Translations under genes and position numbers: made by a program
Source: Candidatus Latescibacterota bacterium
Lineage (GTDB): Bacteria > Latescibacterota > UBA2968 > UBA8231
Direction: 5' to 3'
Length of the DNA stretch: 64,000 nucleotides
Assembly: GCA_965248265.1 (NCBI GenBank)
Contig: CBDFJF010000002.1
Coordinates: 3,168,001-3,232,000, forward strand
In this document: positions 58,003-64,000 of the stretch, piece after piece
Layout of the letters: the number at the start of each line of letters is the position of its first letter
Numbering within the stretch: the first letter of the stretch is position 1
The notes under the pieces: model-generated
Databases searched by the model: none
Seen by the model: the letters and a program-made list of their open reading frames with translations, nothing else
What the model was told of the DNA's origin: nothing

Positions 58003-59240
58003 TGGCGCCATCCGCGCGGGGAAAGAAAATCCTGATCGCCGTCACCGGAGGTATCGCCGCCTACAAGATTCCGTCCTTGATTCGCCTACTGGTCAAGGAG
58101 GGGGTCGACGTGCGGGTGGTAACGACGGCATCGGCGCGTCAGTTCGTCACCGTGACCACGCTGGAGACACTGTCCGGTCATCCGACCTACTCCTATCTGT
58201 TCGAGGCCACCGACGAGTTTCCGGTCCTTCACGTCGGCCTTGCCGATTGGCCGGACTTGATCGTGCTGGCGCCTGCGACGGCCAATCTGATCGCCAAGAT
58301 GGCTCATGGCATTGCTGATGATCTCGTGACGACCCTGATGCTGGCGACCAAAGCACCCGCGTTGGTCGTCCCGGCCATGGAAGAGGGCATGCTCGACCAT
58401 CCTCAGGTGACGGCCAATGTTCGCCGCTTGAAGGAGCAGGGCTTCGAGTGGGTGGAGGCTGAAAAAGGAGAGCTGGCTTCGGGCAAGGTTGGCCGAGGGC
58501 GCATGGCTGAACCGGAACGGATAACCGAACGGGTGTGCGGATTACTGAGTGATGGAGACAACCTCGATCTGGCGGGTTTGAATATCGTCGTCACCGCTGG
58601 CCCGACCTATGAGGACATCGACCCGGTGCGTTTCATCGGCAACCACTCGAGTGGCAAGATGGGGTTTGCCATTGCCCGTCGCGCTCATGCGCGCGGCGCT
58701 TTCGTGCATCTGGTGACGGGGCCCACGGCGCTGGAAGATCCTCAGGGAATCGAAGTCACGCATGTGCGTTCGACCGAACAAATGCTCGCGGCAACGAAGG
58801 CAGTTTTCGAGGATGCTGATGTACTCATCATGGCTGCGGCCGTGGCCGATTTTCGTCCACGCCAGGTTGCTGCCGCCAAGATGCGCAGATCGGATTCCGG
58901 ATCCGCCACGCTCGAGTTGGTACCGAATCCGGACATCTCCCAGACCCTGGGCAGACGCAAGGAGGGGCGCATCACCATCGGATTTGCCCTGGAGACCGAG
59001 GCTGATGTCAGCGCCGCCCAGGCCAAGCTGCGTCGCAAGCACATGGATCTGATCGTCCTCAACAGTCTCAGTGACGAGGGTGCCGGTTTTAGCGTCGACA
59101 CCAACGTTGTCACCCTGGTTGCAGAGGATGGGGAGGCAACCCAACTGCCGAGAATGCACAAAGAGGAAGTTGCCGACCATCTTCTGGATCGCGCACACGA
59201 TCTGGCAGCTCTCTCAGACAGAGGTCGATTACAGAGCTAG
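58002..59240 (+). CDS. coaBC: Phosphopantothenoylcysteine decarboxylase/ligase
   Basis: TGGIAAYK, APATAN, TAGPTYEDIDPVRFIGNHSSGKMG, AAVADF and GFALET. Confidence 0.95.
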   Translation: MAPSARGKKILIAVTGGIAAYKIPSLIRLLVKEGVDVRVVTTASARQFVTVTTLETLSGHPTYSYLFEATDEFPVLHVGLADWPDLIVLAPATANLIAKMAHGIADDLVTTLMLATKAPALVVPAMEEGMLDHPQVTANVRRLKEQGFEWVEAEKGELASGKVGRGRMAEPERITERVCGLLSDGDNLDLAGLNIVVTAGPTYEDIDPVRFIGNHSSGKMGFAIARRAHARGAFVHLVTGPTALEDPQGIEVTHVRSTEQMLAATKAVFEDADVLIMAAAVADFRPRQVAAAKMRRSDSGSATLELVPNPDISQTLGRRKEGRITIGFALETEADVSAAQAKLRRKHMDLIVLNSLSDEGAGFSVDTNVVTLVAEDGEATQLPRMHKEEVADHLLDRAHDLAALSDRGRLQS

Positions 59241-59341
59241 TGTCCAGTTGACAGGGGTCTATCGGCGCGGCATCTTCGCCCGCACGTGCCTTTGCATCTG
59301 CGTCGGCATCCGACCAACCCAATCTGCCCTGCTGTGTGCCC

Positions 59342-60070
59342 ATGACCTCCGCCCATCAACGAGCATCCGTTGACGACGACGTCGAACCCCTAGTCCGGCG
59401 CTACCTGGATGACCTGGTCGCCTTCGAGGGGCCGAATTTCCTGCTACCGGAAGATACTCCTGATCCGGTCCAAAGCGGATTGCCAGAGATTGAGGTAGCT
59501 GCTGAGCCCGGTACCGATCTCGAGCATTTCCACCAGCAGATCTGCGAATGTCAGGCCTGTCCATTGGGACAGACGCGTCAGCGTTTCGTCTTCGGTTCCG
59601 GAGCAGCCAACGCCGGCATCATGTTCATCGGCGAAGCCCCGGGCGCCGACGAGGATCGTCAGGGATTGCCGTTCGTCGGCAAGGCCGGTCAGTTGCTGAC
59701 CAAGATCATCGAAGCCATGCAGCTGCGACGTGAGGATGTTTATATCTGCAACATGTTGAAGTGTCGTCCGCCGAACAACCGCGATCCGCTGCCCGAAGAG
59801 ATCGCTACCTGCGAGCCCTACCTGAAGAAACAGATTGAGATCGTGCAGCCTGTGATCATCTGCACCCTCGGCCGGATCGCCACCCAGGCACTGCTCAAGA
59901 CCACGCTATCCATGGGGCGCCTGCGCGGCACCCTGCATAAGTACGAGGGGATCCCCGTCATAGCCACCTACCATCCAGCCGCACTGCTGCGCAACGCCAG
60001 CTGGAAGCGGGATACCTGGGAAGATGTCAAGTGGCTTCGCCGAGAATTTGACGGAACGGAGCTCTCCTGA
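59342..60070 (+). CDS. udg: Family 4 (Fe-S) uracil-DNA glycosylase
   Basis: CQACPL, GEAPGADED..PFVG.AG, KCRPP.NR and TYHPA. Confidence 0.92.
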   Translation: MTSAHQRASVDDDVEPLVRRYLDDLVAFEGPNFLLPEDTPDPVQSGLPEIEVAAEPGTDLEHFHQQICECQACPLGQTRQRFVFGSGAANAGIMFIGEAPGADEDRQGLPFVGKAGQLLTKIIEAMQLRREDVYICNMLKCRPPNNRDPLPEEIATCEPYLKKQIEIVQPVIICTLGRIATQALLKTTLSMGRLRGTLHKYEGIPVIATYHPAALLRNASWKRDTWEDVKWLRREFDGTELS

Positions 60071-61479
60071 TGTCCCAATCTTCTCCTCCTCCGTCCCCGA
60101 GCAATGGTCGCAGCCTGGAGCGCATGCCGCCCCATGCGCTCGAAGTCGAGCGCGCCGTACTGGGCGCGACCCTGATCGATCAGCGCGCTGTCGGTCGAGC
60201 GATCGAGCTGCTGGATGAGCGTTATTTCTACCACGCGGCGCACAGCAAGATTTTTCAGGCCGTCGTGGCGCTGTACGAACGCAACGAGCCCGTGGATCAG
60301 CTGACCCTGGGTGAGGAGCTGAAGCGACGCGGGCAACTGCAGGAAGTCGGAGACGTCATTTACCTGGCCACCCTGGCGTCGGAGGTGGCCACAGCCGCGA
60401 ACATCGATCACCACGCCAAGATCGTCCTGGAGAAGGCACTGCAACGAGCCCTCATCGATACATCTTCTGCAGTGGCGGAGCGCGCCTATGAAGGTGCTAC
60501 CGAGATTCAGGAGCTCATCGACTGGACCGAACAGCGCATTTTCTCGATTTCGGAACGGCGCTTGTCGGCGGGATTCGAGCCCATCGACAGCGTGCTGCAC
60601 GAGACCTTCGAGTACCTGGAGCGGGCCAACAATCGCGTCAGCTCGGTGTCCGGAGTCGATACCGGCTACGCCGACATGAACGACATGACATCCGGTTTTC
60701 AGTCGGGCGACCTGATCATCCTGGCGGCACGGCCCAGTGTGGGCAAGACCGCGCTGGCTCTGTGTATGGCCCGCAACGCCGCGGTTGAGGCGGGCGTCGG
60801 GGTCGCCATCATGAGCCTGGAAATGTCGAAGCAGCAGGTCGCCCAGCGCCTGTTGTGCATTGAGACCAGAGTGGATCTGCACAAGATGCGCACCGGTCGG
60901 CTGCGTGAGGATGACTGGCTCCACCTGACTCGCAACGTCAACCGGCTTGCTCAGGCGCCGATCTATATCGATGACACTCCGGGGATCTCGGTGCTGGAAG
61001 CCCGTGCGAAGGCGCGACGTCTCAAGCGCGAGCACGGGATCGGACTGGTCATCATCGATTACCTGCAGTTGATGTCATCGCACGAACGCGTCAACAGCCG
61101 GGAGCAGGAAGTATCGCAGATATCCAGAGGAATGAAAGGGCTGGCGAAGGAGCTGGACGTTCCGGTGTTGGCGCTGTCCCAGCTATCGCGAGCGACCGAA
61201 TCCAGAACCGACCGTCGGCCCCAGCTCTCCGACCTGCGCGAGAGCGGCTCGTTGGAGCAGGATGCCGATGTCGTCATGTTCATCTACCGTTCCGACTACT
61301 ACGGAGCCAAGGTCGAAGACGAACCCGAGATGGAGGGCGTCGCCGAGATCATCATCGGCAAGCAGCGCAATGGGCCGACCGGTTCCGTGAAGCTGATGTG
61401 GAATGCAGCATGCGCCAGTTTCGAGAATCTAGCCCCAGAATTCCGAATCGAGCAGGAAACCGAGTTTCCGACTCCCTAG
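60070..61479 (+). CDS. dnaB: Replicative DNA helicase
   Basis: AARPSVGKT, SLEM, IDYLQL, SQLSR, DLRESGSLEQDAD and KQRNGPTG. Confidence 0.97.
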   Translation: MSQSSPPPSPSNGRSLERMPPHALEVERAVLGATLIDQRAVGRAIELLDERYFYHAAHSKIFQAVVALYERNEPVDQLTLGEELKRRGQLQEVGDVIYLATLASEVATAANIDHHAKIVLEKALQRALIDTSSAVAERAYEGATEIQELIDWTEQRIFSISERRLSAGFEPIDSVLHETFEYLERANNRVSSVSGVDTGYADMNDMTSGFQSGDLIILAARPSVGKTALALCMARNAAVEAGVGVAIMSLEMSKQQVAQRLLCIETRVDLHKMRTGRLREDDWLHLTRNVNRLAQAPIYIDDTPGISVLEARAKARRLKREHGIGLVIIDYLQLMSSHERVNSREQEVSQISRGMKGLAKELDVPVLALSQLSRATESRTDRRPQLSDLRESGSLEQDADVVMFIYRSDYYGAKVEDEPEMEGVAEIIIGKQRNGPTGSVKLMWNAACASFENLAPEFRIEQETEFPTP

Positions 61480-61510
61480 GCCGAAGCCTACTCTGGTGAT
61501 GTGTGCGTGA

Positions 61511-62137
61511 ATGCCAGCCTCCGGTTATCCTGTTCCGGCCAGTACGTGCGAAGCGGAAACACGTTTCAAAAACTCCCGCTTCATCGGCACGGCAGGTCCG
61601 ACCGCCAGCGTTGAGGCCGCCCAGGAATTCATCGATTCGATCCGCAGTCGCTTTCCCGACGCCTCTCATCATGTGTACGCCTTCTCGATCGGCTACGGCG
61701 CAACCGTGACCGAGGGCATGAGTGACGACGGCGAACCCCCGGGCACAGCAGGCCGTCCTGTTCTGGCCGTCGTCAAAGGCTCCGGTCTGGGCGACGTGGC
61801 CGTTGTCATTACCAGGTTCTTCGGTGGCACCAAGTTGGGAACGGGGGGACTGGTGAGGGCCTACACCCAGACGGCACAGCAGGTACTGGGTGAACTCGAG
61901 ACCACTCGCAAGATTGAGCGTATCGGCGCCACCCTGCATGTTTCCTACAGACTGCACGCCGCCTGTCGCCGCGCCCTGGAAGAGGTCGGTGCCATCATAC
62001 ACAATGAGGTGTTCGACTCCCAGGTAACGATCGAACTGCTGTTCGCCGAAGAAGACCGACAGGCAGTGGTCGAGGCCGTCACCGAAGCCAGCGCCGGCGC
62101 TGCTGATCTGACCCTTGCTGGTGGCAACATCCCATGA
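61511..62137 (+). CDS. yigZ: YigZ/IMPACT-family protein
   Basis: KNSRF, ASHH, SDDGEPPGTAG and RFFGGTKLGTGGLVRAY. Confidence 0.92.
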   Translation: MPASGYPVPASTCEAETRFKNSRFIGTAGPTASVEAAQEFIDSIRSRFPDASHHVYAFSIGYGATVTEGMSDDGEPPGTAGRPVLAVVKGSGLGDVAVVITRFFGGTKLGTGGLVRAYTQTAQQVLGELETTRKIERIGATLHVSYRLHAACRRALEEVGAIIHNEVFDSQVTIELLFAEEDRQAVVEAVTEASAGAADLTLAGGNIP

Positions 62138-62171
62138 CACATCGAAACACGAACCGAAAAGGAATTCCCGG

Positions 62172-63176
62172 ATGGCCGACAACCCGCGTGTGATCATCAG
62201 CGGCTTCGCCGACGAGGGCCCACTGGACAAGAAAGCTGAGTCCCAGCTTGTCATGTTGGCAGCGCTGGGAATGTCCTACTACAGCCTGCGCTTCACCGAC
62301 GTGGGGGGTGGTGTGAAGAACGTGATGCAGCTCAACAACCGTGAAGTGAAGCGGCTGTGCCGGTTGCACGCCGAGTTCGGGATCCGCGTTTCATCCATCG
62401 GCTCGCCGATAGGCAAGGTGAAACTCTTCGATGTCGATGACGGTACATCCAACGCCTTCGTCCCCTTCGACAGGTACCTGGAGCGGGAGGTGGCACGGGC
62501 GATCGAACTGGCGCAAGCGTTCGATACCAAGTTGATTCGCGGCTTCTCCTTCTATCACCCTAAGGGTACGGCTCCCGAAGATCACCTCGACGAGGCCACC
62601 GAGCGCCTCAGTCGCATTGCCGATGCCTGCTCCAACGCAGGTGTCTACTTCGGTCTGGAGGTCGAGGCCAACCTGGTTGGCCAGAGTGGTCGGCTGCTGC
62701 AGAAACTCTACCGCGGCGTGGATGATCCCCATCTGTGTCTGATCTTTGACGGCGGCAATCTCAGCACCCAGAACATGGACGTGACACAGATTCTCGCCGA
62801 GTACCGCGCCATGCGGGAAGGCATAGGTTGGATTCACATCAAAGACTACAAAATCGATCCGAATCTGAAGTGGAAGGGACACGTGGATGAAGATCGACTG
62901 CGCAACTTCGTACCGTCGGATCGCGGTGATTCCGGCCATGAGGCGATTCTCAGTGACTTCAGGAGCAAGCTACCTGCCCTGGAACGAAAGCTGAAGCGTC
63001 GCGGCATACCCGGAGTGTTCCTGGATCTTGAGCCTCACCTCAAGGGTGGGGGGCAGTTTGGCGGGTTCAGCGGTCCGGATGGATTCGGTGTGGCCCTGCG
63101 GGCGCTGTTGAAGCTGCTCGACTACGTCAACATCAGCTACGATCTCACTCAATACGACCAGTTGGGCTCCCCATGA
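62172..63176 (+). CDS. Sugar-phosphate isomerase/epimerase-like TIM-barrel protein
   Basis: SGFADE, IGSPIGK, IRGFSF, FDGGN, HIKD and LEPHL. Confidence 0.8.
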   Translation: MADNPRVIISGFADEGPLDKKAESQLVMLAALGMSYYSLRFTDVGGGVKNVMQLNNREVKRLCRLHAEFGIRVSSIGSPIGKVKLFDVDDGTSNAFVPFDRYLEREVARAIELAQAFDTKLIRGFSFYHPKGTAPEDHLDEATERLSRIADACSNAGVYFGLEVEANLVGQSGRLLQKLYRGVDDPHLCLIFDGGNLSTQNMDVTQILAEYRAMREGIGWIHIKDYKIDPNLKWKGHVDEDRLRNFVPSDRGDSGHEAILSDFRSKLPALERKLKRRGIPGVFLDLEPHLKGGGQFGGFSGPDGFGVALRALLKLLDYVNISYDLTQYDQLGSP

Positions 63177-64000
63177 CTGATTCGTACGAGCAATTCCTCT
63201 CGCTGGCCAGGGAACTCAACGACCTGGGACACGCACAGACCCTCCTGAGCTGGGATCAGGAAACCTACATGCCCCGCAAAGCGGCTCAACAGCGAGCCAG
63301 TACCCTCGGAGCCATGGCCGGCGTCTTACACGAAAAGCTGGTGGCTCCGAGCTTGGTCGAACTGGTGGGCGAGTTGAGCGAGTCCCGGCTTGAGGGTGAT
63401 CGCGGCGTCAATGTCCGTGAACTCAAGCGCGAACAGGATCGAGCCGTCAAGGTGCCACAGGAATTGGTGGTGAAGTTGACGGAGACCGAGTCGCTGGCCC
63501 ACGAAGCCTGGGTGGACGCACGGGAGAAGTCCGAATTCGACCTCTTCCGCCCCTGGTTGGACAAGGTGCTGGAACTCCAACTCGAGGTCGCTCATCTGAT
63601 CGGATTTGAAGGGTCGATCTACAACGCCTTCCTCGATATCTACGAGCCCGACGCCCGCGTGGAGGAGGTCTGGCCCGTACTCGAAGATTTGGGGCGCCGC
63701 CTGGTTCCGCTGGTGGAACGGATCGGTCAAACCGGAAAGACCCCCGGGTATGTGTTCGGGGAGGGCAAGGAGTTCCCAGTGAAACAGCAGGAGGCGTTCG
63801 GCAAGAGGGTACTCGGCGAACTCGGTTTCGACATGGAGGCCGGGCGCTTGGACGTTTCCGTGCATCCGTTCTGTACCAGCATGTCTGCCAGTGATGTCCG
63901 TCTGACCACTCGTTATGGCACGGACGAGTTCACACAGTCCCTGTTCGGCATCATTCACGAGTGCGGGCACGGACTCTACGAACAAGGACTGCCCCCGGAG
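63173..64000 (+). CDS. Carboxypeptidase, M32 family (3' truncated)
   Basis: Translated from ATG 63173: LSWDQETYMP, GRLDVSVHPF, DVRLTTRY and IHECGHGLYEQG. Confidence 0.92.
   Translation, partial: MTDSYEQFLSLARELNDLGHAQTLLSWDQETYMPRKAAQQRASTLGAMAGVLHEKLVAPSLVELVGELSESRLEGDRGVNVRELKREQDRAVKVPQELVVKLTETESLAHEAWVDAREKSEFDLFRPWLDKVLELQLEVAHLIGFEGSIYNAFLDIYEPDARVEEVWPVLEDLGRRLVPLVERIGQTGKTPGYVFGEGKEFPVKQQEAFGKRVLGELGFDMEAGRLDVSVHPFCTSMSASDVRLTTRYGTDEFTQSLFGIIHECGHGLYEQGLPPE

Noticed and set aside
59968-61035. 355-aa minus-strand ORF
   Set aside because: Antisense shadow of dnaB.
60070-61479. Intein in DnaB
   Set aside because: At 469 aa with contiguous helicase motifs, there is no room for an insertion.

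Overview
This is a GC-rich (roughly 60% by eye) chromosomal segment of a diderm bacterium. It is probably from the FCB superphylum and Ca. Latescibacterota-like, inferred from the FlgD/T9SS-like C-terminal domains, the DFxxFAxxFG dockerin-like repeats, the Bat operon and the coaBC-udg-dnaB order. From left to right it holds: (1) a MoxR/DUF58/BatA-E operon into which a Gld-type ABC module (ATPase, permease, tandem-duplicated GldG, DUF4340) is inserted; (2) an AT-rich 34-bp tandem array; (3) an orphan murG-HEAT fusion and mraY pair; (4) a frameshifted YcgR/PilZ gene, recG and a GT-C-like membrane protein; (5) a small HTH plus ssb unit with a consensus promoter and palindromic operator; (6) an S1/P1-like nuclease, an internally deleted polX, and cysQ preceded by a structured leader ending in a terminator; (7) a 100-bp MITE-like element; (8) a 16.6-kb cluster of four giant, apparently non-catalytic secreted proteins carrying cohesin-like and dockerin-like modules; (9) an SDR, a Ser/Ser DapF-like protein, SprT-DUF2786, a metallopeptidase-propeller-Omp85 fusion and a BamB-like lipoprotein; (10) yicC, an archaeal-type cmk, coaBC, udg, dnaB, yigZ, a TIM-barrel protein and an M32 carboxypeptidase. 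No rRNA, tRNA, CRISPR-Cas or transposase gene was recognised. All family calls come from reading motifs by eye, with no database search.
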